A stretch of DNA of 64,000 nucleotides from Sulfurospirillum sp. (GCA_045047115.1 JASFYR010000012.1:1-64000), one strand, 5' to 3'; counted from the stretch's first letter, positions 18,868 through 32,356 are shown. The notes: generated from the letters alone by a model not told the origin. Made by a program: numbers and translations.

Positions 18868-21090
18868 ATGTTAAGATCACTTTGGGCTGGTGTTTCCGGA
18901 CTACAAGCACACCAAACAGCGCTAGATGTAGAAGCAAATAATATAGCAAATGTAAATACCGCAGGATATAAATACTCAAGAGCCAATTTTTCCGATATGC
19001 TTAGTCAAACATCAAAAATAGCAACTGCTCCTCAAGGTGAACTCGGTGGTAAAAACCCTATGCAGGTAGGACTTGGCACACAAGTAAGTTCAATTACCAA
19101 AATCTTTAAACAAGGCTCAGTCCAAACAACAGATAAAAATACTGACCTTGCTATCCAGGGTGATGGTTTTTTTGTAGTAAGTCCTGATGGTGGCAAAACT
19201 TATAAATACACAAGAAATGGCGATTTTGTTTTTGATGCAAAGGGAAATTTTACAGACAGTAACGGATACATAGTACAAGGCTGGGTAAGAGATCAGCAAA
19301 TAGGTGCAATTGATTCTACTACGCCAATTCAAAACATCACAATTCCACCAGGTCTTACAACTCCGGCAAATGATACAAGCTATATAACACTAAAAGCAAA
19401 TTTAAATTCCGGTAACAATATCATAAATAAAACACCAATTTATACACTAGACAGCCTAAACAATGCAGTTGACTTAAACGGAAATGGTGTTGTCGATGCA
19501 GGAGAAGCACATAATGAAAATGATCTCGGAAGTAATATCTTTAATTCTAAGAAAAAACTCTATGAGAGATCTGTAGATTTTGGAGTACTTTTTAATGCCT
19601 CAGGACAGGCATTAAATATTCAAGACGGACAGGGAATGTGGGTTAGTTATGCTGATGCAACAAATAAACAAACCATCACAACTACCGGTCCATCAACAGT
19701 AGATTTAACTCTTAACGGAACTGCGATAACAGGTACAACTTCTGGTAGTGGAACAGCAGCTGAAAATGCTCAACAAATAGCAACAATTATAAATCAAAAA
19801 AGCGCTTCAACAGGTGTAGAAGCCACAGTAAACGGAGCTGATATTACATTAAGAAATAATAATGGTTCCGGCACAACAGATTCTACAAAAAATATAAATT
19901 TAGATATTGGTAGCAGTGATAACACTGGTTTAAATGCCAAAGAGGTATATACTGCATTTTATTACCAATATGCCACAAGCGGAGCTGCTCCGCTCCAAGG
20001 TGTGCCTGCAGCAAACCAACCTTTATCATCAAGAACTTTTACTACTACTGAAGATTTAAGAAGTGCTATACAAAATGACGCTAGAAATAACACAAATTAT
20101 GACAGCTCAAATGATGCAGGAGAAGCCAGTTCTGCCGATAGTAATGATGGAGTAAAAGTAGAAGTAAACAATCTGGGTCAATTTCAGGTAGAAAACCCAA
20201 CAAGCGGTTCAAATGATTATAATATGGCACTAAAAATCACATCATATACAAATGTAGTAAATAATGTTAGTGAAAACTCTAAATTTACTACTTCTTTATC
20301 TGCCCTGCAGGGAAATTTACCCTCCGGAAGTACACTTAGAATTTCTCAAGGTATATATACAGCAAGCCATGCTTCAAGCATCGATGTGTATGATTCTCTT
20401 GGAACCAAACATACAGTCAGATTTGAGTTTAAAAAGACAGGCTTTACTTCAGATGGAGGAACTCAATGGGGAGTTCTAATATCCGTACCTGAACCAGGTG
20501 ATATAAATGGGGGACTTGCTCCAAAAAATATAGTGACAGGACAAATAAGCTTCAACAGCGATGGCTCACTGTCATCTTTTACACCTTCAAATCTCACTTA
20601 TACTGCAAATAACGGCTCTAGTCCAAATCAAAATATCAACTTACAATTTGGAACAGCCGGAGCATTTGACGGAATGACAAGTTTTGATGCTACATCAAAC
20701 ACATCAGGAATCAGCCAAGACGGTTTTCCAGGTGGGGATCTCTCCGGTATAAGAGTAGATGAAACAGGAACACTTATAGGAACATTTACAAATGGTAGAA
20801 GTTTCGGTTTGGCTCAGGTAAGTATGGCAAAATTTACAAATAACAATGCACTTGAAAGTGATGGAGGAAATACCTTCATACAAACCTCAAACTCAGGAGA
20901 TCCTATCATTGGCCAGGCTGCTGTCGGTGGTCGTGGATTTATCCAAGCAAGTGCTCTAGAGATGAGTAATGTCGATTTAAGCAGATCTTTAACTCAACTG
21001 ATTGTTATCCAAAGAGGTTTTCAGGCAAATTCCAAAACTATAACAACCAGTGACCAGATTTTAAACACTTTATTACAACTAAAACAATAA
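18868..21090 (+). CDS. flgE2: flagellar hook protein FlgE (long, FlgE2-type)
   Basis: MLRSLWAGVSGL..HQ; ANNIANVNTAGYK; LEMSNVDLSRSLTQLIVIQRGFQANSK. Confidence 0.93.
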   Translation: MLRSLWAGVSGLQAHQTALDVEANNIANVNTAGYKYSRANFSDMLSQTSKIATAPQGELGGKNPMQVGLGTQVSSITKIFKQGSVQTTDKNTDLAIQGDGFFVVSPDGGKTYKYTRNGDFVFDAKGNFTDSNGYIVQGWVRDQQIGAIDSTTPIQNITIPPGLTTPANDTSYITLKANLNSGNNIINKTPIYTLDSLNNAVDLNGNGVVDAGEAHNENDLGSNIFNSKKKLYERSVDFGVLFNASGQALNIQDGQGMWVSYADATNKQTITTTGPSTVDLTLNGTAITGTTSGSGTAAENAQQIATIINQKSASTGVEATVNGADITLRNNNGSGTTDSTKNINLDIGSSDNTGLNAKEVYTAFYYQYATSGAAPLQGVPAANQPLSSRTFTTTEDLRSAIQNDARNNTNYDSSNDAGEASSADSNDGVKVEVNNLGQFQVENPTSGSNDYNMALKITSYTNVVNNVSENSKFTTSLSALQGNLPSGSTLRISQGIYTASHASSIDVYDSLGTKHTVRFEFKKTGFTSDGGTQWGVLISVPEPGDINGGLAPKNIVTGQISFNSDGSLSSFTPSNLTYTANNGSSPNQNINLQFGTAGAFDGMTSFDATSNTSGISQDGFPGGDLSGIRVDETGTLIGTFTNGRSFGLAQVSMAKFTNNNALESDGGNTFIQTSNSGDPIIGQAAVGGRGFIQASALEMSNVDLSRSLTQLIVIQRGFQANSKTITTSDQILNTLLQLKQ

Positions 21091-21130
21091 TACAATATAA
21101 TATACCCTAAAAATCAATTTAGGGTATATT

Positions 21131-21742
21131 ATGAAAATCACTCTTCTACAACACACATCATTATCAGTCTGTGCAAGTGCCATAAGAACTTGTTGGCAAA
21201 GTTTTGATAAAAGCGACAATGGCGGTGAAAAAGATAGAAAACTAATAGACAGGGTCGGCAATAAATTCAAACATGCTTCTACACTTGAACATCTAGTATA
21301 TACATTTTATATCCAAGGTATCAGCAGAGCACTGCTTCAAGAGTTAGCAAGACACAGAATTGCATCACTTTCAGTAAAAAGCACAAGATATACACTAAAA
21401 GAATTGAAAGAAGAAGAGAGCTTTACATACAGAGACTTTAAAAAAGCCGGTAAATATCTTGTGATGACAGATAATGAAAAAGTTAATGAGATGAGTATAA
21501 AAGCTTTAGAAAATTTAAGACTTATTTTAAAAGACGGCATAAGTAATGATGTCGCGAAATATTGTCTCCCGGAAAGTTATAAGACTGAGCTTACCTGGAC
21601 CATAAATGCAAGAAGCTTACAAAACTTTTTGACTCTTAGAAGCAGCAAATCAGCCCTTTGGGAAATACAAAATTTAGCTCATGAACTCTATGATAGCCTA
21701 CCTCATGAGCATAAGTACCTTTTTACATGTGAGAAACTTTAA
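21131..21742 (+). CDS. thyX: FAD-dependent thymidylate synthase
   Basis: [33 protein letters not shown]. Confidence 0.97.
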   Translation: MKITLLQHTSLSVCASAIRTCWQSFDKSDNGGEKDRKLIDRVGNKFKHASTLEHLVYTFYIQGISRALLQELARHRIASLSVKSTRYTLKELKEEESFTYRDFKKAGKYLVMTDNEKVNEMSIKALENLRLILKDGISNDVAKYCLPESYKTELTWTINARSLQNFLTLRSSKSALWEIQNLAHELYDSLPHEHKYLFTCEKL

Positions 21743-22202
21743 TACCATTTGCATAAGTTAATGCTATAGCTATGGCATCTGTTATATCAAGTGGTTTTAT
21801 CTCCTGTTTTATACCCAATATCCGCTTCACCATAAAAGCCACCTGCTCCTTTTTTGCTTTACCGTTTCCTGTTACTGCTTTTTTGACCTGAAGCGGTGTA
21901 AACTCATGAAAATTTCCAATAACCTGAAGTATCTTTAGACTCAAAGCACCCCTAAACTGCGCCAGTTTGAGCACTGTTTTAGGATTGTAAGCATAAAATA
22001 TATCCTCTATAACAACTTCATCAATTTTATGATTTTTAAAGATGATATCTAGGCCCTCTACAAGTTCGACTATCTGGTGTTGTAGGATTTTTTCCTTAAT
22101 TTTTATAAGCCCGGCTTCTACTAATTTTATCTCATTTTTATTCTTGTAGATTATCGCATATCCACAATTTTTTGTACCAGGATCTATACCTAAAATAGTC
22201 AT
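21723..22202 (-). CDS. ruvC: Holliday junction resolvase
   Basis: [32 protein letters not shown]. Confidence 0.97.
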   Translation of the reverse strand: MTILGIDPGTKNCGYAIIYKNKNEIKLVEAGLIKIKEKILQHQIVELVEGLDIIFKNHKIDEVVIEDIFYAYNPKTVLKLAQFRGALSLKILQVIGNFHEFTPLQVKKAVTGNGKAKKEQVAFMVKRILGIKQEIKPLDITDAIAIALTYANGIKVSHM

Positions 22203-22329
22203 CTTACTCCCTTTATTCATATACTTATTCATATAGTGAAAAACTTTTTCACATTAGATTTTGGGCATTTTAACATATAACTAATAATATTTTAGATAAA
22301 ATAAGTCAATATAATGTTAAGGGGTGTTT
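22203..22329. other. oriC1 subregion of a bipartite replication origin
   Basis: DnaA-box-like TTATTCATA (22213, 22225), TTTTTCACT (reverse, 22235) and TTTTTCACA (22245) between ruvC and dnaA, as in other Campylobacterota. Confidence 0.75.
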
Positions 22330-23652
22330 TTGTTAGCGGATAATGTACTAATTCTTTTAAAAAATGAGATATCCCAACAGGAGTATGAGAGATATATCAA
22401 ACAACTTGAATTTGATGAAAAGAACTCACACTCTGATCAAAAGGTATTTAGCGCTCCAAATGCACTCATTCAAAATTGGATAAAAACAAAATACACTGAA
22501 AAACTCTCACATCTCTTTGAAATAAAAACAGGTATAAAACCTGATATAAAAATTATTTTAAAAAACAGATCCCAATCAAACTTTAAAAAGACAAAAAATA
22601 TAGACATATATGAAGTAAATAAACCAACAATAAACACTATATTAAACCCTTCATATACATTTGAAAGTTTTGTAGTCGGAAGTTCCAACCAGTTTGCATA
22701 CTCTATCGCAAAATCTGTTGCAAAAAAACCGGGCATCGTGTATAATCCGGTATTTATCTATGGTCCAACGGGACTTGGAAAAACACACCTAATTCATGCT
22801 ATAGGAAATTATTCACAAAACCGAGGCAAAATCGTCATATATGCTACTATCGAGCAGTTTATGAATGATTTTACTTATAATCTTAAAAATCAGACTATGG
22901 ATAGATTTAGAGAAAAGTATAGAAACTGTGATATTTTACTCATAGACGATACTCAATTTTTATCAAATAAAATACAAACCCAAGAGGAGTTTTTTCACAC
23001 TTTTAATGAACTTCATGCTGCAGGAAAACAGATAGTCCTGACAAGTGATAAACCGCCAAAGATGATAAATGGCTTAGAAGAGAGGCTTAAAAGCAGATTT
23101 GAGTGGGGGACAATAGCAGATATCGGTATACCGGAACTCGAGACAAAAATTGCTATCATAAAAAAGAAGTGTGAATTAGACGGTATAGATTTAAATAACG
23201 AAATAGCAAGCTATATAGCTACAAATATGGGTGATAACATAAGAGAGATAGAGGGTGCTATCATAAATCTAAATGCCTACGCTACTTTGATGCGTCAAGA
23301 TATAACTATGGAGTTTGCAAAAAATGTTATGAAAGCTCAAATCAAAGAGAAGAAAAATCATATCACTCTTGAAGACATAATAAAAGTAATCTCAAGAGAA
23401 TTAAATATAAAACCAAGTGAAATAAAATCTAAAAAAAGAAATAAAAATATCGTAGAAGCCAGAAGAATCGGAATTTATCTAGCAAGAACTTTGACACCAA
23501 ACTCAATGTCTTCTCTTGCATTATTTTTTGGTATGAAAGATTATACGGCAGTTTCACACAATATGAAAAAAATAAACGAACTGATAGAAACAAATGAGAC
23601 ATTTAAACTAAAAATAGAAGAGCTAAAAAATAAAATTTTGGTAAAGGAGTAG
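22330..23652 (+). CDS. dnaA: chromosomal replication initiator DnaA
   Basis: NPVFIYGPTGLGKTHL; QEEFFHTFN; NIREIEGA; TTG start after AAGGGG. Confidence 0.98.
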   Translation: MLADNVLILLKNEISQQEYERYIKQLEFDEKNSHSDQKVFSAPNALIQNWIKTKYTEKLSHLFEIKTGIKPDIKIILKNRSQSNFKKTKNIDIYEVNKPTINTILNPSYTFESFVVGSSNQFAYSIAKSVAKKPGIVYNPVFIYGPTGLGKTHLIHAIGNYSQNRGKIVIYATIEQFMNDFTYNLKNQTMDRFREKYRNCDILLIDDTQFLSNKIQTQEEFFHTFNELHAAGKQIVLTSDKPPKMINGLEERLKSRFEWGTIADIGIPELETKIAIIKKKCELDGIDLNNEIASYIATNMGDNIREIEGAIINLNAYATLMRQDITMEFAKNVMKAQIKEKKNHITLEDIIKVISRELNIKPSEIKSKKRNKNIVEARRIGIYLARTLTPNSMSSLALFFGMKDYTAVSHNMKKINELIETNETFKLKIEELKNKILVKE

Positions 23653-23795
23653 AAAGTTATATAAAAATATGTGAACAAATATGAAAAATTTATATTTTTT
23701 ATTCATATCTGTTTTACCTATTTTTAGGGTTTATAGTGTGGTTTTCACTTATTCAACCTAAGCTACTACTACTTCTATTTTATTTAAAAATATAA
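23653..23795. other. oriC2 with DnaA boxes, DnaA-trios and AT-rich unwinding element
   Basis: Boxes at 23670 (reverse TTGTTCACA), 23680 (reverse TTTTTCATA), 23699 (TTATTCATA) and tandem GTTTTCACTTATTCAAC, then CTACTACTACTTCTA trios (23763-23777) and an AT-rich tract. Confidence 0.85.
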
Positions 23796-23806
23796 AAGGA
23801 GATTTG

Positions 23807-24874
23807 ATGAAAGTTTCAATAAATAAAGGTGTATTGGAGACGATACTCATAAACACACAACCATATTTAGAAAAAAAAGATTTAAGCCAAATCACATCCC
23901 ATCTTTTAATAACAACAAATGATGATGAGTTGATCATAAAAGCAACAGACTTTGAGATAGGATTAAGTTATAACAGTAAAAATATAAAAATCCAAGATCA
24001 TGGAACTGCCACTGCAAATGGTAAAAAATTACTTGACATAATAAAAATTTTAAAAGATGATGAAGTTATACTTGAAACCATAAATGACAACCTTTACATC
24101 AAACAAAACAGTTCAAAATTTAAATTGCCTATGTTTAATCCAAATGAATTTCCATCATTTCCTCAAATTGAAGATAAACCAAAATTTGATATAAACAGCT
24201 CTTTATTTGTAAGATCTATAAAAAAAATAGCACCGGCAATAGATAATAATAATCCAAAATTTGAATTAAATGGTGCATTGATAGACATAAAGGATGATAT
24301 TATCAACCTCGTTTCTACAGATACAAGAAGACTTGCTATTGTCAAACTTGAAAACAATACAGGAAATCATTTCTCTTTAATCATACCTAAAAAAGCTATC
24401 ACAGAGATTCAAAAACTTTTTTTTGATGAAATAGAGATATTTTATGATGAAAATACACTTATAGCAAAATCTACAAATTTCCAATTTTTTACAAAACTTA
24501 TAAATGGAAAATTTCCGGATTATGAGAGAATTATCCCAAAAGAGAAAAACTATAGACTACTTTTAAACAGAGCAAAGATAGTAGAAGCTGTAAAACAGAT
24601 TTCCATCATATCAAATGAGATGAAAATTACATTTAGAGGTGATAAGATAATCTTTGAGAGTCTAAATGATGAAAATATAGAAGCAAAAACAGAGATAGAA
24701 TATAACACTGGTTTAGATACTGAGATTTATCTTGCAACAAACAGCAGATATCTTTTGGATTTTCTCTCAAACATAGAAAACAGTGATTTTACTCTTGGTT
24801 TTAATGACAGTTCTCTGCCATTTACACTGGAAGATGAAAATTTTATAACAATAGTTATGCCGATAATGATATAA
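23807..24874 (+). CDS. dnaN: DNA polymerase III beta sliding clamp
   Basis: KATDFEIGL; STDTRRL; LINGKFPDYERIIP; IVMP. Confidence 0.97.
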   Translation: MKVSINKGVLETILINTQPYLEKKDLSQITSHLLITTNDDELIIKATDFEIGLSYNSKNIKIQDHGTATANGKKLLDIIKILKDDEVILETINDNLYIKQNSSKFKLPMFNPNEFPSFPQIEDKPKFDINSSLFVRSIKKIAPAIDNNNPKFELNGALIDIKDDIINLVSTDTRRLAIVKLENNTGNHFSLIIPKKAITEIQKLFFDEIEIFYDENTLIAKSTNFQFFTKLINGKFPDYERIIPKEKNYRLLLNRAKIVEAVKQISIISNEMKITFRGDKIIFESLNDENIEAKTEIEYNTGLDTEIYLATNSRYLLDFLSNIENSDFTLGFNDSSLPFTLEDENFITIVMPIMI

Positions 24875-24884
24875 GGAAAATTAA

Positions 24885-27193
<2,309 letters not shown>

Positions 27194-27194
<1 letters not shown>

Positions 27195-28603
27195 TGCTCT
27201 ATTCTGAATCAAAAGAGAGAGGAAATAGATTTTTAATAGCACTAAAAATTGCCTTTCCTTTTCTCATTTTGATTATCTATCTGATTTATACATTTAATAC
27301 AAATAAAAACAGTGTATCTATCATACTTGTTACAATCTTGATACCGATATATACTTATTACATCTTTTATCTTATATATAATGGTTTTAAATCAACTCTT
27401 ATAGATAAAATTACAAAAACATTCAATAGAAAAGAGATACTGGAATTTATACAAAAAGAGACTCTTAAAGATCAAAACTCCATCATAGTTCTTGTAAGTA
27501 TAGAAAATATATATGACATTGATGAGAGATATGGTGTAAATAACGCTGATAATCTTCTAATGGAATTTGCAAAAAGACTAAATACATTTTTAGAAAATTA
27601 TAACTTTAAAAATATCCCAATAGGAAGATACTCTGGGGGTAGTTTTTTATTGATAATAAAACATAAGAAAAAAGAGTTAAAACATCTAATGACTATATTT
27701 TCAAAAGAGTTGAAAAATATAGGCATAAATGATATAGAAGTTAAGGTTGATTTTTCTTTAATAGAGTCAAATTATGACTCAAGAGTTGAAAATATTATAA
27801 AAATTCTTTTTGATTTAATAGACGAAGAGAGACAAAATGAGTTTGAAATCCAAAATATAAAGCCAAATGAGTTTGAAAAGATAATTTATGATGCCGTAGC
27901 TGATGAAAAATTTCTTTTAAAATACCAACCGAGTCTCAATCTTATAACCAAAGAGATAGAGATATATGAAATTTTAGTAAAAATATACTCAAAAAACTAT
28001 GGTCTTATTTCAAAAAACCAAGCTCAAAAAGCTATAAATTTTGGTGGATTTGAAAAAATATTTGATAAAAAAATATTTGACTATTTTTTAAAAGAGTTAA
28101 AATATTTGAAATCTAATAATGATAAAAAAAGATACTTTAGTATCAATGTATCGGCAGTTTCTCTAAGAGATAATGACTTTAGACTCTACCTTAGAGAGAT
28201 TTTTTATAAAAATAATATAAAAATAGAAAATATAATTTTAGAAATAAATGAAAAAAAAGCATATAAAGATCTTAAAAGATTTGCTGAGATTTTAACCCAG
28301 TATAAGAAAGCTGGATTTAAGATAGCACTTGATAATTTTGGTGGAGATAACTGTTCTATCAAATATCTAAAAAATCTACCGATAGATTTTGTTAAATTTG
28401 ATATCCAATATACAAAATATTTTCAAAATGAAAAGTATAAGAAAACACTCAAAAATCTATTGAATCTTTGTAAAGATTTAGATGTAAAAACAATGATAAA
28501 ATTTATAGATAAACAAAGACTTTATGAGCAAGTTATAGAGTTAAATCCAGCATATATACAAGGTTTTTATATATCAAAACCAAAAAGTATAAAACAGCTA
28601 TAG
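27194..28603 (+). CDS. membrane-anchored degenerate GGDEF-EAL protein
   Basis: 2 TM segments; RYSGGSF replaces GGDEF; EIL, DNFGG, VKFD, IKFID, QGFYISKP. Confidence 0.8.
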
Positions 28604-28611
28604 GAGAAGAT

Positions 28612-29001
28612 ATGAGATATGGTGAAAAAGAGATAAAAGAGTTTAATATAGACAGAGATTTGGAACTTTGGCCAAACAAATATCAAAAAAATTACATCAT
28701 AAAGATGGAATTACCGGAGTTTATGTGTCTTTGCCCAAGAAGTGGGTATCCTGATTTTGCAACCATATATGTGGAATATATACCAAATGAATTAGTAGTA
28801 GAGTTAAAAGCGATAAAACTCTATATAAACAGTTTTATGTATAGAAATATTTCCCATGAAGATAGTGCAAATGAGATATACGACACACTTTATACAAAAT
28901 TAAAACCAAAATGGCTAAGAGTATTTGCTGATTTTAATCCACGTGGAAATGTGCATACAACTATAGAGATAGACTCAGACAAGATGGATTTAAGATGTTA
29001 A
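28612..29001 (+). CDS. queF: preQ1 synthase (7-cyano-7-deazaguanine reductase)
   Basis: PEFMCLCPRSGYPDFA; ELKAIKLY; SHE; FNPRG. Confidence 0.95.
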   Translation: MRYGEKEIKEFNIDRDLELWPNKYQKNYIIKMELPEFMCLCPRSGYPDFATIYVEYIPNELVVELKAIKLYINSFMYRNISHEDSANEIYDTLYTKLKPKWLRVFADFNPRGNVHTTIEIDSDKMDLRC

Positions 29002-30200
29002 AACCCCAACTCATAGAGCATATATTTGCAGCAGCCTCTATACAGAGGTGGAATGACTATCCAAGGATGGTTGAGTTAGTTGAGCTTGACAAACAGGCTC
29101 ACAAGTTTATCATAGCTTATTTTATGGCAAATATGGAAGAAGATGTAAATAGAGTCCACCTTATAGAAGCTGGTATTTTTGAATTTTTAAGGCGTGTTGT
29201 AGTAACAGATATAAGACCTGATGTCTTTAGAAAAGCTCTTCAAAAAAAAGAAAAAGAGATAAATGAGTGGGTTCTTTCAAGACTATCAGATTCGATAAAA
29301 GATATACAAAATGGAAAATTTTTGCAGAGATTTAAAGACTATCTTAGTGATCCGCAAATGTATAAGAAAGAGAGATTTATACTAAAAGCCGCTTCATACA
29401 TATCTACAAGATGGGAATTTTCCATAGTCTATCAGACAAGTCAATTTTTAAGTGGCATAGAGAAAGTAAAAGAGGCGGTTGATGAAGAGATTGAGGATTA
29501 TTACGAGCTTGTGAGTGTGCGTAAGATTTCACTGAACAAAAAGATTTCAAAGATTATAGACTTAAGTGGAAGACTCAGATTTCAAAAAAGATGGGCTCAA
29601 ACACCCAGAGTTCCTGAGACTTCTGTTTTGGGACATATGCTCACAGTTGCAATACTGGGTTATTTTTACTCTCTACATGTAGAGGCATGTGAGAGTAGGA
29701 TTTCAAGTAATTTCTTTTGTGCACTTTTTCATGACCTCCCCGAAGCTCTTACAAGAGATATAATTTCACCCGTAAAGTACTCAGTAAGCGGACTTGATGA
29801 CATCATCAGCGAGTATGAACTAAAAGTGATGGATGATGACATATTTCCATATATACCAAATAGTTTTCTCAAAGAATTTCAGTACATCTTAGGTTTATAT
29901 GATGGTAAGAAAAATGAATTTTTGGATAAAATCCAAGATGATGGAGAGATTAAGATTGTAGATGATATAGAAAATTATAATGAAGATAAATTTCAAGCCA
30001 TAGACGGTAAAGCACTAAAAAATTGTGACAGACTCTCAGCTTTTATAGAGGCAACTTTGTCCATATCTCATGGTGTAAAATCAAAAGAGTTGGTTCAAGG
30101 CAAAGCTCATATATTGGAGTCACTAAAAGAGAAATCCCAAGGTGGAGCTGTAAATTTTTACAATTTGGCAAAAAATATAGAAAAATTTGTGGAGAGTTGA
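28995..30200 (+). CDS. HD-domain protein (duplicated YfbR-like HD domains)
   Basis: IQRWND and QKRW...SVLGH...FHDLPEALTRDIISPVK. Confidence 0.85.
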   Translation: MLKPQLIEHIFAAASIQRWNDYPRMVELVELDKQAHKFIIAYFMANMEEDVNRVHLIEAGIFEFLRRVVVTDIRPDVFRKALQKKEKEINEWVLSRLSDSIKDIQNGKFLQRFKDYLSDPQMYKKERFILKAASYISTRWEFSIVYQTSQFLSGIEKVKEAVDEEIEDYYELVSVRKISLNKKISKIIDLSGRLRFQKRWAQTPRVPETSVLGHMLTVAILGYFYSLHVEACESRISSNFFCALFHDLPEALTRDIISPVKYSVSGLDDIISEYELKVMDDDIFPYIPNSFLKEFQYILGLYDGKKNEFLDKIQDDGEIKIVDDIENYNEDKFQAIDGKALKNCDRLSAFIEATLSISHGVKSKELVQGKAHILESLKEKSQGGAVNFYNLAKNIEKFVES

Positions 30201-30212
30201 TATATTAACAAA

Positions 30213-30316
30213 CCCTCCTCCAGATTACTGCGGCACACACTTTAAAAGAGTGCTCTGCTGTGTTCCCACCCTGAAGCATTGCTCAAAGAAAGTATTGCAC
30301 AGGTCTAGAGGAGAGC
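30213..30316 (-). ncRNA. ffs: signal recognition particle RNA (small type)
   Basis: Minus strand contains the conserved TCAGGGTGGGAACACAGCAG core; paired ends CTCCTCTAGA/TCTGGAGGAG; TGaTATAAT at 30324-30332. Confidence 0.9.
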
Positions 30317-30391
30317 GGATAGAATTATATCAAGTTTTACTTAAATAAAAGTTTTATAGAGTATAATTCGCAGAAAAACAGGGTATCAAAT

Positions 30392-31978
30392 ATGTTACAT
30401 AGTGAGATTTTTTATCTTTTTTTGATTATCTCTATTGGTTATATTTTAGGCAATATAAGAGTAAAAGGTTTTTCACTGGATATTACTGCAATGCTTTTAG
30501 TTGCCTTGATAGCCGGACATTTTGGTATGGTTATATCTGATAATTTCAAACTCTTTGGTTTAGCTATATTTATCTATGCAGTAGGACTTCAATCAGGTCC
30601 CGGATTTTTTGAGACTATAAAAAATGAGGGTATTAAACTAAATATCATAGCTATATCACTTCTTCTTAGTATATTTACTTGTATCTATATCATAGGTTCA
30701 TATTTTGGTTTAAGTAAAAGTATTATAGATGGTATATTTACTGGCTCGCTTACAAGTGTTCCGTCTCTCGCAGCTGCTATCGAGGTTAAAAATGATCCTA
30801 TTATATCAGTTATATTTGGAATAGTCTATCCTTTTGGGATTTTTGCTACTATACTTTTTATTAGGATACTGCCTATTATATTTAGAGTAAATCTTCAAAA
30901 GGAGGTGCAGATTTATGAAGAGCAGAAGAGGCAAAAATATCCACTTATACTCACAAAAAACTTTAAAATTACAAATGAAAACTTTAAAAAACACCCTATA
31001 AAAAAGTCACAGATAGAGGAACTTACCTCTACTCTTATAGAGAGAGTTGAGTCAGTTGACCAATGTGAATTAGATGAAAAGGCTTGTAGACATCTGCATT
31101 ATAACGATATAGTAAGAGTTTCAGGTACAAAAGAGCAACTCGAAGCACTTAGTGTGATGTTAGGTGATGAGATGGGAGAAGCATATAAATTTCATGATGA
31201 TATGAAAGTTTACAGACTGCTTTTAACTTCAAAAGATATAGTAGGAAAGAAAATTGCGAGTATAAAAGAGTTAAAATCTCTTCGTGCTGTTGTGACAAAA
31301 GTAAGAAGAGCCGGAATCGATATAAAACCGCACCCCTCTTTAGCTTTGATGCTTGGTGATAAACTATATGTGGTAGCACCCCAAAAGTATGGACAGAGGG
31401 TAACTGATTTTATTGGAAATGATCTATTAAAGTATCCTGCTGCTGATTTTTTGCCTATATCGGTCGGTATTGTATTTGGTATTATTTTGGGCTCTATTCC
31501 CTTCAATCTGCCTTTTATTGGGGATATAAAGCTTAGCTTTGTCGGAGGTATCTTGATAACCGCACTCATTTTGGGTAGGTTTGGCAGAGTCGGACCGATC
31601 GTATGGCAACTCTCACCACACTCAAATACTCTTATGAAGACGCTAGGCCAGCTCATATTTATGGCTGCCATCGGTACAAATGCAGGTAAATATCTACTGG
31701 AGGGTTTAAAGACAAATGGTTTTTTACCCATATATATAGCACTTTTTTCACTCATATTTTCACTCTTTTTAGTGGCATTTGTTTGTAGAATCTTTTTAAA
31801 AATGAATTTTTTACATATCTTGGGAGTTTTGAGTGGCGGTATGACATCTACACCAACACTAACGATGGCGAATAACATCTCAAAATCAGACTATCCGTCT
31901 ATCTCTTACGCAGCAGTATATCCAATGGCTTTGGTGTTTGCCATTGTTTTAGCTCAGCTTCTACTCAAGCTGTTTTAA
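30392..31978 (+). CDS. AspT/YidE/YbjL family antiporter with TrkA-C domains
   Basis: Duplicated membrane domains (GLQSGPGFF, GSLTSVPSL / GGMTSTPTL, YAAVYP) flanking a soluble region. Confidence 0.88.
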   Translation: MLHSEIFYLFLIISIGYILGNIRVKGFSLDITAMLLVALIAGHFGMVISDNFKLFGLAIFIYAVGLQSGPGFFETIKNEGIKLNIIAISLLLSIFTCIYIIGSYFGLSKSIIDGIFTGSLTSVPSLAAAIEVKNDPIISVIFGIVYPFGIFATILFIRILPIIFRVNLQKEVQIYEEQKRQKYPLILTKNFKITNENFKKHPIKKSQIEELTSTLIERVESVDQCELDEKACRHLHYNDIVRVSGTKEQLEALSVMLGDEMGEAYKFHDDMKVYRLLLTSKDIVGKKIASIKELKSLRAVVTKVRRAGIDIKPHPSLALMLGDKLYVVAPQKYGQRVTDFIGNDLLKYPAADFLPISVGIVFGIILGSIPFNLPFIGDIKLSFVGGILITALILGRFGRVGPIVWQLSPHSNTLMKTLGQLIFMAAIGTNAGKYLLEGLKTNGFLPIYIALFSLIFSLFLVAFVCRIFLKMNFLHILGVLSGGMTSTPTLTMANNISKSDYPSISYAAVYPMALVFAIVLAQLLLKLF

Positions 31979-32356
31979 TCTCCATCTTTCAATCCTTAAA
32001 TCATTATCAAGTGTATGGTCTATGAGCCATTTTTTTGTAGCAATTTTCATCTGCTCTTTCAGAGATTTTAAAGAGCGATTGTCTTTGATAAGCTTAGTAA
32101 AGCTCTCTATAATCTCTTGATGAAGCTTGTGATGATGTTTTAAAAGAGGATAGCCGATACTTTTCATATAAGCTTCCTCATCTCTAAAATGCTCTCTCAT
32201 ATAGATAAAAAAACTATTTAAAAGTCTCCTTATATCGTCTTTTGTTGTATTTTTATCTAAGGAATCCACCAACGCTGAAAGTCTAAAGAGTTCTTTGTGT
32301 TGCCTATCAATATTGCCTATATGTAGAGAATATTTTTCATCCCATTGTGAAATCAT
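31961..32356 (-). CDS. bacteriohemerythrin
   Basis: W...YS....IDRQHKELF; HFRDEE; HHKLH; WLIDH...D. Confidence 0.9.
   Translation of the reverse strand: MISQWDEKYSLHIGNIDRQHKELFRLSALVDSLDKNTTKDDIRRLLNSFFIYMREHFRDEEAYMKSIGYPLLKHHHKLHQEIIESFTKLIKDNRSLKSLKEQMKIATKKWLIDHTLDNDLRIERWRLKQLE

Noticed and set aside
17292..21090. Two flgE paralogues in tandem
   Set aside because: Two FlgE genes are normal in Campylobacterota.
22203..23795. Bipartite oriC with DnaA-trios
   Set aside because: Known architecture for this phylum; only the box and DnaA variant is reported as a finding.
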